A DNA stretch of 27,434 nucleotides from Thiotrichales bacterium (GTDB lineage Bacteria > Pseudomonadota > Gammaproteobacteria > JAAZVR01). This document shows, one piece after another, positions 8,900 to 19,090 of this stretch. The position numbers and the translations under genes were made by a program. The stretch covers positions 1 through 27,434 of the forward strand of contig JAAZVR010000001.1 of assembly GCA_018623305.1 (NCBI GenBank), given 5' to 3'. Position 1 is the first letter of the stretch, and the number at the start of each line of letters is the position of its first letter. Below the pieces are notes generated by a model. That model had not been told where the DNA came from, did no database searches, and saw only the letters and a program-made list of their open reading frames with translations.

Positions 8900-10775
8900 C
8901 ACGATCCCCTTTAGATTCAAGCCATTGCTTACGATCAGCTGCACGCTTCTTAGCTAACAACATATCCAAGATTTGCAGCGTATCGTCTCCTGCTTTGAGT
9001 TGCAATTGAACAAGGCGACGAGTGTCTGGGTGCATTGTGCTTTCTCGCAATTGACCAGGGTTCATCTCACCCAAACCCTTGAAACGTGTAACCGCAACCT
9101 TACCTCTAAGTTTGTCTCGTTGAATGCGCTCCTTAACGGCTTCTAATTCCGCCTCGTCCAAAGCGTAAAACATATGAGAACCGACATCCACCCTAAACAA
9201 AGGCGGCATCGCCACATAGACATGCCCTTGTTGAACAAGATGTTTAAAGTGTCGAACAAATAACGCGCACAACAAAGTGGCAATATGAAGCCCATCAGAA
9301 TCCGCATCGGCCAAAATACAGACCTTACCGTAACGCAAACCGCTTAAATCATCTGATCCAGGATCAAGGCCAATGGCCACACTGATATCGTGAATCTCCT
9401 GGGATGACAGCACTTGATCATGCTCAACCTCCCAAGAATTTAAGATCTTGCCTCGCAGGGGCATAATCGCCTGAAACTCTTTATCTCGAGCTTGCTTAGC
9501 TGAGCCACCTGCAGAATCACCCTCTACCAAAAACAATTCTGTCTGAGATAAATCTTGCGATAAACAGTCCGTCAGCTTACCCGGCAAGGTCGGTCCCTGA
9601 GTTACTTTTTTACGAACGACCTTTTTCGCTTGTCTTAATCGAGATTGTGCTGATTTGATGGCTAAATCCGCAATCGCTTCTGCATCATCCGTATGTTGAT
9701 TAAGCCACAAGCTGAAGGCATCTTTTACCGAAGAAGCGACTTGCGCCGCCGCCTCTCTCGAAGACAGTCGTTCTTTAGTTTGGCCCGCAAACTGTGGGTC
9801 GAGCATCTTAAACGATAAAACAAATGAAACCCGAGACCACACATCGTCAGGCGTTAACTTGACCCCTCGAGGCAGTAAATTGCGGAAATCACAAAATTCT
9901 TTCAAGGCTTCTGTTAAACCGCTACGCAAACCATTGACGTGTGTTCCACCTTGAACGGTTGGAATCAAATTCACATAGCTCTCTTGCACACTTTCGGGCG
10001 ATTCTGGCAACCACATAACCGACCATTGCATCGCAAATTCATCGCCATCTAATTTCCCATTAAAACCCTTGTCGGGAATTCGGTCGTATTCTTGCAATCT
10101 AGATAACAAATAATCCGTTAAACCGTCGGTATATTGCCATGTCTGCTCGGTGTCGTTATTCTCGTTATAAAACTCGACTTTTAGACCTGAACACAAAACC
10201 GCTTTTGAACGTAGGTTGTGAATCAAACGTTTAACATCAAATTTCAGAGTATCAAAAAACTGTCCGTCCGGCCAAAATCGAATTTGAGTACCCGTGTTGT
10301 TTTTACGCACGTTTTTTTCATGCTCAAGAGGGGCTGTAACGACTCCATTCTCTAAGCCCATTTGGTATTGCTTACCCTCTCGACGGATTCTAACCTGCAG
10401 GAGTGTTGATAATGCATTCACCACAGACACGCCCACACCATGCAAACCGCCAGAAAATTGGTAGTTTTTACCTGAAAACTTACCCCCTGCATGGAGTTTA
10501 GTTAAGATGACTTCCACTCCAGGCTTGCCTTCTTCTGGGTGAATATCAACGGGCATACCGCGCCCGTTATCTTCAACAGAAATGGAGCCGTCTTTATACA
10601 ACTCGACCCGAATACAATCGGCATGGCCAGCCATCGCTTCGTCGACACTGTTGTCAATGACTTCTTGTGCTAGGTGATTTGGACAATCCGTATCCGTGTA
10701 CATTCCTGGACGTTTTCGAACTGGATCCAGACCTTTCAATACTTCAATGGCGGAGGCGTTGTAATTTTCAGACAT
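8886..10775 (-). CDS. parE: DNA topoisomerase IV subunit B
   Basis: Motifs IEVLKGLDPVRKRPGMY, EVIDNSVDEAMAG, LHAGGKF, GGLHGVGVSVVNALS, LVEGDSAGGSAKQ, MPLRGKILNSW, ILADADSDGLHI and RFKGLGEMNP. The short length and ADADSDG motif favour ParE over GyrB. Confidence 0.96.
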   Translation of the reverse strand: MSENYNASAIEVLKGLDPVRKRPGMYTDTDCPNHLAQEVIDNSVDEAMAGHADCIRVELYKDGSISVEDNGRGMPVDIHPEEGKPGVEVILTKLHAGGKFSGKNYQFSGGLHGVGVSVVNALSTLLQVRIRREGKQYQMGLENGVVTAPLEHEKNVRKNNTGTQIRFWPDGQFFDTLKFDVKRLIHNLRSKAVLCSGLKVEFYNENNDTEQTWQYTDGLTDYLLSRLQEYDRIPDKGFNGKLDGDEFAMQWSVMWLPESPESVQESYVNLIPTVQGGTHVNGLRSGLTEALKEFCDFRNLLPRGVKLTPDDVWSRVSFVLSFKMLDPQFAGQTKERLSSREAAAQVASSVKDAFSLWLNQHTDDAEAIADLAIKSAQSRLRQAKKVVRKKVTQGPTLPGKLTDCLSQDLSQTELFLVEGDSAGGSAKQARDKEFQAIMPLRGKILNSWEVEHDQVLSSQEIHDISVAIGLDPGSDDLSGLRYGKVCILADADSDGLHIATLLCALFVRHFKHLVQQGHVYVAMPPLFRVDVGSHMFYALDEAELEAVKERIQRDKLRGKVAVTRFKGLGEMNPGQLRESTMHPDTRRLVQLQLKAGDDTLQILDMLLAKKRAADRKQWLESKGDRVDIA

Positions 10776-10850
10776 GATATCGCGTTGAATTTCTTTTAAT
10801 TATTGATTGTACTTTATAATGAACAAAATACTAAATGAGATGAATCCACC

Positions 10851-11492
10851 ATGAAAAACTTACATGATGTTCGACGCGATTTCAGCTACGCCCGCCTAGA
10901 CTTGGAAGATTTGAATACCAACCCTTTTGAGCAATTTGAAGCTTGGTTTGATCAAGCGAATGAGGCTCAAGTGTTTGACCCCACCGCGATGGCTCTAGCA
11001 ACCGCCAATAAAGACGGTCGCCCTGCTTGTCGAATCGTGCTACTTAAACAATTTGATGAGCGCGGTTTTGTATGGTTTACAGACTATCAAAGCCAAAAAG
11101 GTCAGGATTTAGCGGAAAACCCTTTTGCTGCATTAACGTTTTATTGGTCGGAACTGGATAGACAAGTGCGTCTATCAGGCCGAGTTGAAAAAATCGATCG
11201 TCAAGAATCGGAAGATTACTTTAACTCTCGCCCAGTTGACAGCCGAATCAGTGCCAGTGTATCCATGCAATCTGAAGTCATTGAAAACCGAGAAAAACTT
11301 CTCGAAAAAGGGCAGGCTTTACGTGAATCACTCAGCGAAAAAGGCATTCCCATGCCCGATCGCTGGGGAGGCTATCGATTGATCCCCAATGAATTTGAAT
11401 TTTGGCAAGGCCGTCCCAACCGTCTGCATGATCGATTTGTTTATACGCCTGCCAATGAACAGCAGTGGAATATTGCACGATTATCACCATGA
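10851..11492 (+). CDS. pdxH: Pyridoxine/pyridoxamine 5'-phosphate oxidase
   Basis: Motifs [17 protein letters not shown]...GRP..RIVLLK, S.KG..L..NP.AALTFYW, RQVR.SG, YF.SRP, WGGY and [13 protein letters not shown]. Confidence 0.96.
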   Translation: MKNLHDVRRDFSYARLDLEDLNTNPFEQFEAWFDQANEAQVFDPTAMALATANKDGRPACRIVLLKQFDERGFVWFTDYQSQKGQDLAENPFAALTFYWSELDRQVRLSGRVEKIDRQESEDYFNSRPVDSRISASVSMQSEVIENREKLLEKGQALRESLSEKGIPMPDRWGGYRLIPNEFEFWQGRPNRLHDRFVYTPANEQQWNIARLSP

Positions 11493-12166
11493 GTCAGCAC
11501 GATATTCAAATCGAAAGCAGCTGGAAAGCGTTATTGCAAGATGAGTTCCAGCAATCCTACATGGATGATTTGCGCACTTTTTTGAAAGATCGCATTCATG
11601 CAGGCGCTACGATATTTCCACCCAAACCCCTGTGGTTTGAGGCCTTCAACCAAACTCCAGTGGATGAAGTGAAAGTGGTTATTTTGGGACAAGACCCCTA
11701 CCATGGCCCAGGTCAAGCTCACGGCTTGAGTTTTTCTGTGCCCAAAGGACAACCAACACCACCATCGCTTCGCAATATCTTTAAAGAGTTGCATGATGAC
11801 ATCGGAATTGAGGCCTCATCAACCGATCTTACGCCTTGGGCTCACCAAGGCGTGCTGCTTTTGAATGCCACTTTAACTGTTGAAGAAGGACAGGCAGGCT
11901 CACATCAGAAAAAAGGTTGGGAACACTTTACTGATTGCATCATCAAACGTGTATCCGATCATTGCGAATCCGTTGTGTTTATCTTGTGGGGACGTTATGC
12001 ACAAAACAAAGCCAAATTAATTGATAACGAAAAACATCTTATCTTGGAAGCACCACACCCCTCTCCGCTATCGTCTCATCGAGGTTTTTTTGGTTCAAAA
12101 CCGTTCAGTCAAACCAATCACTATCTTGAGAAAAACCAACGCCGTCCGATTGATTGGTCGCTATGA
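11489..12166 (+). CDS. ung: Uracil-DNA glycosylase
   Basis: Motifs [46 protein letters not shown] and HPSPLS. Start placed at ATG 11489 (ATGA overlap with pdxH). Confidence 0.97.
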   Translation: MSQHDIQIESSWKALLQDEFQQSYMDDLRTFLKDRIHAGATIFPPKPLWFEAFNQTPVDEVKVVILGQDPYHGPGQAHGLSFSVPKGQPTPPSLRNIFKELHDDIGIEASSTDLTPWAHQGVLLLNATLTVEEGQAGSHQKKGWEHFTDCIIKRVSDHCESVVFILWGRYAQNKAKLIDNEKHLILEAPHPSPLSSHRGFFGSKPFSQTNHYLEKNQRRPIDWSL

Positions 12167-13326
12167 ACTCAACCACTCAACATCTGCGTCTAATCAACCA
12201 AATCCGCCTTTTCAGTTTAGGCGTTTTACTGCTTAATTTACTTGCACTACTGGCCCTTGACTCACCCGTTTACGCCTCTCACAGCCTACCCCCAGTGGCT
12301 TTTTTAGTGCTGTATTTTGGGCTAACTTTACTGAGACTTCGCTCAAAACAGCCTGTTGAAACATCAGAGCTGACCATTCAATTAGCGATGGACATCGTAC
12401 TATTGTCGATATTTTTCTACCACACTGGAGGCGCGGCAAACCCCGCCATTGGCTATTTACTGGTACCCGTTTTAATGGGAGTGGTCGTATTGCCACTCGT
12501 TATGATGTGGAGCTTGGCGGGGCTGGCGAGTGCTTGCTACAGTTTCTTGATGATTCAGCACTCGCACACCCCTTTTTCGCATTTAAGCGAAACCACTCAG
12601 TTGCAACTCTATCAAATGGGCTATTGGCTTATTTTCATTCTTATCGCATGGGTGATGGGGTCACTCATTCATCGCCTAGTTAAACAGCAACGTGACCAAT
12701 GGTATGAATTAGAAAAGGCGAGACAACACCTTAGCAAACAAGAACAACAAACGGCTCTGGGCACCCAAGCCGCTCTGGTTGCACATGAGATGGGCACGCC
12801 TTTGTCGAGCGTGCAAATCTTGTTATCTGAATTACAAGCCACTCATTCAGATCCTGAACTTCAAACTGATTTAGCGGCTCTACAACAACAGATTCAGCTG
12901 TGCCAAAACAGCCTTCAAACGCTTAAGCGCGCGCCTAGTGAGGCACAATATCTCCCTGTTAACGTATTTTTAAGCAAACTGGCCGATCGCTGGCAATTGA
13001 TTCATCCCGATCACAATCTACCTCGATTAACCGTGAACTCAACGGCTGAAGTCTTGGTTTCAAAGGCAGTCGAACACGCCATTATCAATTTATTGGATAA
13101 TGCACTTGAAGCTCATCAAGACCTATTTCATTGGCAGGCGCGATCAACATCCGAAGGCCTTCATCTTGACATTGAAAATGATGATTCAGGGCGTGATAAA
13201 AATATCAGCCTAGGCTTAGGCGTCTTGTTAAGCGAAGAAACGTTTGCGCATGAAAACATCCAATACAACATGACACTCAAAGACTTTGGAGGACGACACA
13301 TTGAGTTGGTCATTCCTTATCATTGA
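12163..13326 (+). CDS. RegB/PrrB/RoxS-family membrane sensor histidine kinase with divergent ATPase domain
   Basis: About 6 hydrophobic segments with TGGAANP, H-box AHEMGTPL, conserved Cys (QLCQ) and N-box [10 protein letters not shown]1 and the lid are atypical. ATGA overlap with ung; upstream of a RegA-type regulator. Confidence 0.85.
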   Translation: MNSTTQHLRLINQIRLFSLGVLLLNLLALLALDSPVYASHSLPPVAFLVLYFGLTLLRLRSKQPVETSELTIQLAMDIVLLSIFFYHTGGAANPAIGYLLVPVLMGVVVLPLVMMWSLAGLASACYSFLMIQHSHTPFSHLSETTQLQLYQMGYWLIFILIAWVMGSLIHRLVKQQRDQWYELEKARQHLSKQEQQTALGTQAALVAHEMGTPLSSVQILLSELQATHSDPELQTDLAALQQQIQLCQNSLQTLKRAPSEAQYLPVNVFLSKLADRWQLIHPDHNLPRLTVNSTAEVLVSKAVEHAIINLLDNALEAHQDLFHWQARSTSEGLHLDIENDDSGRDKNISLGLGVLLSEETFAHENIQYNMTLKDFGGRHIELVIPYH

Positions 13327-13825
13327 TGATGATGAATTTTTTGTTCAGACATTATCTCGTTCATTAACGAGACAAGAACATGATTGTGACAGTGCGTATA
13401 GCGCGAAAGACGCGTTAACGAAAATCAAAACCCATTCATATGATGTCATTTTGCTCGATCTAAAACTCGGTGAAGACAACGGCATGGATTTGATTGAAAC
13501 GATTTGTAAAGCTCAACCTAATGCACGTATTCTAATGTTGACGGGTTATGCCAGCATTGCCACTGCTGTGGAAGCCACTAAGCGAGGTGCTTATCAATAC
13601 CTTCCGAAACCCGTGACTACAGAACACATTTTAAATGCACTGAGTGAACACACAATGACCGATGAAAGTGCGGACACAGACCCCATGACCATGGATCGAA
13701 TCAGCTGGGAGCATACTCAGCGAGTGCTTTTGGAAAATAACGGTAATATTTCAGCCACCGCAAGACAATTGGGCATGCATCGCCGCACCTTGCAAAGAAA
13801 ACTGCAAAAGCGCGCCCCTAACTAA
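13301..13825 (+). CDS. RegA/PrrA/RoxR-family response regulator
   Basis: LIIDDD, LLDLKLG (phospho-Asp), LTGYASIATAVEA..GA..YLPKP, and the signature HTH GNISATARQLGMHRRTLQRKL. TTG at 13301 is preferred as start because GGAGG (13288-13292) lies 8 nt upstream. Confidence 0.93.
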   Translation: MSWSFLIIDDDEFFVQTLSRSLTRQEHDCDSAYSAKDALTKIKTHSYDVILLDLKLGEDNGMDLIETICKAQPNARILMLTGYASIATAVEATKRGAYQYLPKPVTTEHILNALSEHTMTDESADTDPMTMDRISWEHTQRVLLENNGNISATARQLGMHRRTLQRKLQKRAPN

Positions 13826-13848
13826 TTCCCGTTGGTTAAAATACGCCC

Positions 13849-14421
13849 ATGTTGTTAAACCTAGCAATCACTTTTCTGATTGCCATAAGCCTTGCATTGC
13901 CCGCTCAAGCGGCTGAACTCTCTTATTCGGATATAGAACGTTCGAAGACTTTGTTGCGTCTCATGCCTCTTGTCAGCGAATTCAGATACTATGATAATAA
14001 CCCGCCTACCGTTCACTTTGTTATTTTGGACGAAACGGATTCTGAGCGTGCTTTTGGCAATCGAACATTGGTCTTAGATAAGCTAAAAAAAGATCACACA
14101 CATATTCAACAACGCCCTACACAACTCAGCATTGAAACTTTTGAGACACTCAAAAAAATGGAGATTGCAACCTCTGTTGTTTTCATCCAAACACACCTTT
14201 CAGACATTCAAATCAATCAACTTATTGATTGGGCCAACGAAAAACAAGTTCTTCTATTTTCGCCATTTAAAGGGGATGTTGAACGCGGTATTCATGCAGG
14301 CCTTAAAATTCAACAACAAACCCGCTTATATCTGAATATTACTGCATTGCAAAAAAGTGGTATCCAAATGCAAGCGGACATTTATCGCATCAGTGAGATT
14401 TATGGGAGGATGACTAAATGA
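13849..14421 (+). CDS. Secreted YfiR/DUF4154-like protein
   Basis: Sec signal ending AQA. C-terminal half LLFSPFKGDVERGIHAGL.I....RLYLN.TAL.KSGI.M...I.RIS resembles YfiR-family C-termini. ATGA overlap with a TonB-dependent receptor gene. Confidence 0.65.
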   Translation: MLLNLAITFLIAISLALPAQAAELSYSDIERSKTLLRLMPLVSEFRYYDNNPPTVHFVILDETDSERAFGNRTLVLDKLKKDHTHIQQRPTQLSIETFETLKKMEIATSVVFIQTHLSDIQINQLIDWANEKQVLLFSPFKGDVERGIHAGLKIQQQTRLYLNITALQKSGIQMQADIYRISEIYGRMTK

Positions 14422-16412
14422 ACACGCTATATAAACTCGCTTTACTTCACCTTCTATGCGGACTGAGTTTTTCTGTGAGTGCTAATTCGATTATTGAATT
14501 AGAAAAGCTATTGAACGAAGAACACAATCAACTGTCTGACAAGCGTTTAAACACAGAATACAAAGCCAGTACGTTAACCGTTCTTTATGGTCGAGACTTA
14601 TCTCTGCAGGGCATTGACACAATCGCGGAAGCGATGAATCTTGTGCCCGGCATGATGACGGGAGTGGACAGTGATCTCGTCGTTCGTGGCTTAGAAAAAA
14701 ACTGGGGATCATCCAACATTATGATGATGCTGAATAATCAGCCAGTCAATTCCACGCTGATTGCCTACCCGACACATCTACTAAAAATGCCAGTCGAAAT
14801 GATTGAGCGAATTGAAGTGGTGCGCGGGCCTGATGCAGAACTCAGCACCGAATTTGCGATTTCAGCGTCCATTAACATCATTACGCGTGAGCATAACTCA
14901 GCCTTTATAAAATACGGAGAGTTCAATCAATCAACAGCGGGCGCAAATTACAGCGATAAAAACACCCAGTTGAATTTTGCCTACTCGCAAGGTGATGACA
15001 GCAACTTCCGTGTTGAATCGGATGCACTAACCAATAACCCTTACTACAGTGCTAACAACTCAACAATCAGTGCAACACCTAATATCGCAGATGATTCATA
15101 TCAACGCTATTATCTGACTTATCTTGGTAAGCACCAAGACTGGGCATGGGGAATTCAACGATTTGAAGAACAACGAGGGGATGCTTTTGGTTTGGCTTAC
15201 ATTCAACCCCCAAGCAATGCTAAATCAACAAAAATTGACCGAACGACTACCGCACATATTCGCTACAAAAACTTAGAGTTGGGATACCACCAATTCGAAT
15301 TGGATTATCAGAATATGTTTTTAGCACCGCCTGGATTTACTGACTTAACAGGCCAAACCTATCCAGACGGCATGCAATACAGCCCGAAAGTATCTGAGGA
15401 CCGCTGGACTTTACACTATGACTGGAAGGTTAAACTTGCACGTCACTCAATCACAGTCCGTCCATACTTGACTCATATTAAGGCCAACCCAGGAACAGTC
15501 ACGAACAACATGGGACGAGACACGGCCATGTTCAATGCGCAAACGAATAATACTCGAAAAATCGCTGGCCTGATGATGCACAATGCCTATCGCTACTCGC
15601 CCTCAACCACACTGAGCTACAGTGCTCGTTACGACCAAGTCAGCGATCTTGACAATACCGTTGCTGGTCATGTGGGCTTTGTGACGCGCGTCGATTCTCA
15701 GCATCACTTAAAAGGTTATCTAACCCAATCTTATCGTTTACCAACATTCTTGGAAAAATACTACCCAACAGATGATCCATTAATGAAAGGGGATGAAAGT
15801 TTAGAAAGCACTCGTATTCGCAGTGCAGAGTTGATGTGGTTACATGATGATTCAAACTATAGAACCAAGTTAGCCGCCTTTTTTAATGAGTACGATCGCC
15901 TGCTGACAACTCAAGTTTTACCGACTGCGCTTAACGGCACTGACCCTATTTTTTACCAACAATTTACGCAATTGAATAATAAGGTCTACGCCAAAGGCAT
16001 CGAGTTTGAATTCAAAACACAGCTGTCCGATGCTCTGAATTTTGATTTCAATGCAACTCTTCAAAAGGGTGACTCTGACAGTACAGAAATGGTGCGAACG
16101 CCACAGTGGCTGTCAAATACGATCTTGTCTTACAGAATGAATTCCCAATGGAAGTGGATCAACCATTATCAATATGTTGACTCTATGAAGAGAGTTGGCA
16201 CTGATTCTCGACCTGATTTTGATGAACAACACATCATCAATACGTCTTTAATTTGGAATCCAGCTCACTTGGCTTCATTCAGATTTTCGGCCAGCATTCG
16301 AGATGTACTCAACGAAAGCAGAACCTATCCAAGTATTTCTCAATATACCTATGCAGACGGTATGCCGAAAACAGGCCGCACATGGCGTTTAACCGCCATG
16401 TGGGATTTTTGA
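14418..16412 (+). CDS. TonB-dependent outer-membrane receptor
   Basis: Signal peptide, plug motifs (TVL...DL...G..T.AEA.NLVPG, VVRG, IERIEVVRGP, INIITR), alternating beta-strand pattern, and terminal aromatic WDF. SD GGAGG at 14405-14409. Confidence 0.9.
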   Translation: MNTLYKLALLHLLCGLSFSVSANSIIELEKLLNEEHNQLSDKRLNTEYKASTLTVLYGRDLSLQGIDTIAEAMNLVPGMMTGVDSDLVVRGLEKNWGSSNIMMMLNNQPVNSTLIAYPTHLLKMPVEMIERIEVVRGPDAELSTEFAISASINIITREHNSAFIKYGEFNQSTAGANYSDKNTQLNFAYSQGDDSNFRVESDALTNNPYYSANNSTISATPNIADDSYQRYYLTYLGKHQDWAWGIQRFEEQRGDAFGLAYIQPPSNAKSTKIDRTTTAHIRYKNLELGYHQFELDYQNMFLAPPGFTDLTGQTYPDGMQYSPKVSEDRWTLHYDWKVKLARHSITVRPYLTHIKANPGTVTNNMGRDTAMFNAQTNNTRKIAGLMMHNAYRYSPSTTLSYSARYDQVSDLDNTVAGHVGFVTRVDSQHHLKGYLTQSYRLPTFLEKYYPTDDPLMKGDESLESTRIRSAELMWLHDDSNYRTKLAAFFNEYDRLLTTQVLPTALNGTDPIFYQQFTQLNNKVYAKGIEFEFKTQLSDALNFDFNATLQKGDSDSTEMVRTPQWLSNTILSYRMNSQWKWINHYQYVDSMKRVGTDSRPDFDEQHIINTSLIWNPAHLASFRFSASIRDVLNESRTYPSISQYTYADGMPKTGRTWRLTAMWDF

Positions 16413-16413
16413 T

Positions 16414-18990
16414 TTAGTTAAATTGAATATGACCGTCTGAAACAGAAATTCGGACGGTTTGACCTGACACATAATCACCTTGCAATAATTTCTGTGCCAA
16501 TGGATTTTCCAATACTTGCTGAATCACACGCTTCAATGGACGCGCTCCATACACAGGATCAAAGCCTTCTTCACCAATCAAATCTAAGGCCTCATCACTG
16601 ATATCCAAACTCAAATCATGATCTTTCAAACGTGTGCGTAAACGCTCGATTTGAATCGATGCAATTTGACGAATATCGTCTTTCGCTAATGGATGGAAGA
16701 CCACCGTATCATCAATTCGATTGACAAACTCTGGTCGGAAGAATTGACCAACAACCTCCATCACCTCAGATTTCATTTTGTCGTAATCATTCTCACCCGC
16801 TAAGGCCTGAATGCGATCGGAACCCAAGTTAGAGGTCATAATAATCACCGTGTTTTTGAAATCCACGATTCGACCTTGACCATCCGTCAAACGACCGTCA
16901 TCCAAGACCTGAAGCAAAATGTTAAACACATCGGGGTGCGCTTTTTCTACTTCATCCAGCAATACCACCGAATAAGGTTTACGACGCACGGCTTCCGTTA
17001 AATAGCCGCCTTCTTCATAGCCAACATAGCCTGGAGGCGCGCCAACTAAACGAGACACCGAATGCTTCTCCATAAACTCCGACATATCAATACGCACAAT
17101 CGCATCTTCTGTGTCGAATAAGAACTTCGCCAAGGATTTCGTCAACTCAGTTTTACCCACACCCGTTGGACCGAGGAATAAGAATGAACCATTCGGACGG
17201 TTTGGATCTGACAAGCCCGCACGCGAACGACGAATCGCATTCGACACCGCTTTCACCGCCTCACTCTGACCAATCAAACGTTCGTGCAAGGCCTCTTCCA
17301 TGCGAATCAGTTTCTCTTTTTCTGATTCCAACATATTCGAAACGGGAATGCCCGTCCACTTTGAAACCACTTCAGAAATTTCTTCATCCGTCACTTTGTT
17401 GCGAAGCAACGTCATTTCCATGTTTTCAGCATCAGCGCTTTCTGCTGCAACCACTTGTTTCTCCAACTCTGGAATAACACCGTACTGCAACTCACCCGCT
17501 TTGGCTAAATCACCATTGCGTCGCGCCGTTTCCAAATCCATACGCGCTTTTTCCAATTCTCCCTTGGCATTTTGCGCGCCCTGAACCATCGCTTTTTCCG
17601 CTTTCCACGTTTCTTCTAAATCCGCGTATTCTTTTTCCAGCGTATCGATTTCACCCAGCAAGTCATTTAAACGCGCTTTCGAGGCCTTATCTTTTTCTTT
17701 TTTCAAAGCTTCACGTTCAATTTTTAACTGAATCAAACGGCGATCGAGTTTATCCATCGTTTCAGGTTTTGAGTCGATTTCCATACGAATGCGCGATGCC
17801 GCTTCATCAATCAAATCAATCGCTTTATCAGGCAACTGGCGATCTGAAATATAACGATGCGAAAGCGTTGCCGCAGCCACAATCGCAGGATCAGTGATGT
17901 CAACACCGTGGTGCACTTCGTAACGCTCTTTCAAACCTCGCAAAATCGCAATCGTGTCTTCCACTGTAGGCTCATCAACCAATACTTTTTGGAAACGTCG
18001 CTCAAGCGCAGCATCTTTTTCAATGTTTTCACGATATTCATCCAGAGTCGTCGCACCGATGCAATGCAACTCGCCACGCGCCAAGGCAGGCTTTAACATA
18101 TTCCCCGCATCCATCGCGCCTTCAGATTTACCCGCACCGACCATCGTGTGAATTTCATCAATGAATAAAATAATACGGCCTTCATCTTTCGACAAATCTT
18201 TCAACACCGCTTTGAGGCGTTCTTCAAATTCACCACGATATTTCGCACCTGCAATCAACGCACCCAAATCCAACGATAAAACACGTTTATTGCGTAGACC
18301 TTCAGGCACTTCGCCATTCACAATTCGCTGCGCAAGGCCTTCTACAATTGCCGTTTTACCGACACCCGGCTCACCAATTAAGACAGGATTGTTTTTTGTA
18401 CGACGCTGCAATACTTGAATCGCTCGACGAATTTCATCATCACGACCGATGACAGGATCCAACTTGCCACTCTCAGCACGCTCAGTTAAGTCAATCGTAT
18501 ATTTCTCCAACGCTTGGCGTTGATCTTCGGCATTAGAATCGTTCACGTTTTGACCTCCTCGTACTTGTTCAATCGCAGCTTCTAGAGCTGATTTCGTCAC
18601 ACCGGCATCCTGCAACACGCTCATTAAAGAGCTTTTTTCTTCTAACAAAGCCAATAAAAACAATTCGCTCGAAATGTAGGCGTCTTGTTTTTTCATTGCC
18701 AATTTATCTGTCACATTCAACAAACGATTCAACTCGTTTGAAATATGAACATCGCCTGATTGACCTTGTACTTGAGGCAAGGCCTGCAATTTCGTTTGCA
18801 CCGCCATTTGAAGCGACTGCAATTGAGCACCTGCCAATTTCAGCACCTGACTCACACTGCCATCTTGCATTTCAAGCATCGCAGCTAATACATGAGCAGG
18901 CTCAATGTATTGATTGTCGTTACGCACCGCCAATGACTGAGCCGCACCCAAAGCCTCTTGAAATTTTGTAGTTAATTTATCCATTCGCAT
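16414..18990 (-). CDS. clpB: ATP-dependent chaperone ClpB
   Basis: [11 protein letters not shown] start, two AAA+ modules ([14 protein letters not shown]; [17 protein letters not shown]), long coiled-coil middle domain, GAPPGYVGY and GARPLKR; 858 aa. Confidence 0.98.
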   Translation of the reverse strand: MRMDKLTTKFQEALGAAQSLAVRNDNQYIEPAHVLAAMLEMQDGSVSQVLKLAGAQLQSLQMAVQTKLQALPQVQGQSGDVHISNELNRLLNVTDKLAMKKQDAYISSELFLLALLEEKSSLMSVLQDAGVTKSALEAAIEQVRGGQNVNDSNAEDQRQALEKYTIDLTERAESGKLDPVIGRDDEIRRAIQVLQRRTKNNPVLIGEPGVGKTAIVEGLAQRIVNGEVPEGLRNKRVLSLDLGALIAGAKYRGEFEERLKAVLKDLSKDEGRIILFIDEIHTMVGAGKSEGAMDAGNMLKPALARGELHCIGATTLDEYRENIEKDAALERRFQKVLVDEPTVEDTIAILRGLKERYEVHHGVDITDPAIVAAATLSHRYISDRQLPDKAIDLIDEAASRIRMEIDSKPETMDKLDRRLIQLKIEREALKKEKDKASKARLNDLLGEIDTLEKEYADLEETWKAEKAMVQGAQNAKGELEKARMDLETARRNGDLAKAGELQYGVIPELEKQVVAAESADAENMEMTLLRNKVTDEEISEVVSKWTGIPVSNMLESEKEKLIRMEEALHERLIGQSEAVKAVSNAIRRSRAGLSDPNRPNGSFLFLGPTGVGKTELTKSLAKFLFDTEDAIVRIDMSEFMEKHSVSRLVGAPPGYVGYEEGGYLTEAVRRKPYSVVLLDEVEKAHPDVFNILLQVLDDGRLTDGQGRIVDFKNTVIIMTSNLGSDRIQALAGENDYDKMKSEVMEVVGQFFRPEFVNRIDDTVVFHPLAKDDIRQIASIQIERLRTRLKDHDLSLDISDEALDLIGEEGFDPVYGARPLKRVIQQVLENPLAQKLLQGDYVSGQTVRISVSDGHIQFN
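16432..16460 (+). terminator. Possible + strand terminator hairpin embedded in clpB 3' coding sequence
   Basis: ACCGTCTGAA (16432-16441) / TTCGGACGGT (16449-16458): 10 bp with one G-U pair and only a short T run. Lies 20 nt after the receptor stop. Confidence 0.35.
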
Positions 18991-19022
18991 ATCAGCATTT
19001 CCTTATTTTTCTTGCAAACATT

Positions 19023-19050
19023 CAATAAGGACTATCGTTTTTTTTTCAAG
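19023..19050 (-). promoter_or_regulatory. Candidate sigma32 (RpoH) promoter of clpB
   Basis: On the - strand, CTTGAA (19050-19045) + 14 nt + CCTTATTG (19030-19023), versus consensus CTTGAA-N13-15-CCCCATNT, upstream of a heat-shock gene. Confidence 0.55.
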
Positions 19051-19090
19051 TTACACAGAACTAGGGGAGTTTCTATAAGAGGTTAATACC

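Noticed and set aside
10776-10850. Divergent sigma70 promoters for parE and pdxH (TATAAT 10815-10820; TACAAT on the minus strand at 10811-10806)
   Set aside because: No convincing -35 at 16-18 nt spacing in this AT-rich spacer, so they are not listed as features.
16432-16441. ACCGTCTGAA, resembling the Neisseria DNA uptake sequence, in inverted-pair form
   Set aside because: It has one mismatch to GCCGTCTGAA and I saw no other copies in 27 kb, so it is treated as a local hairpin.
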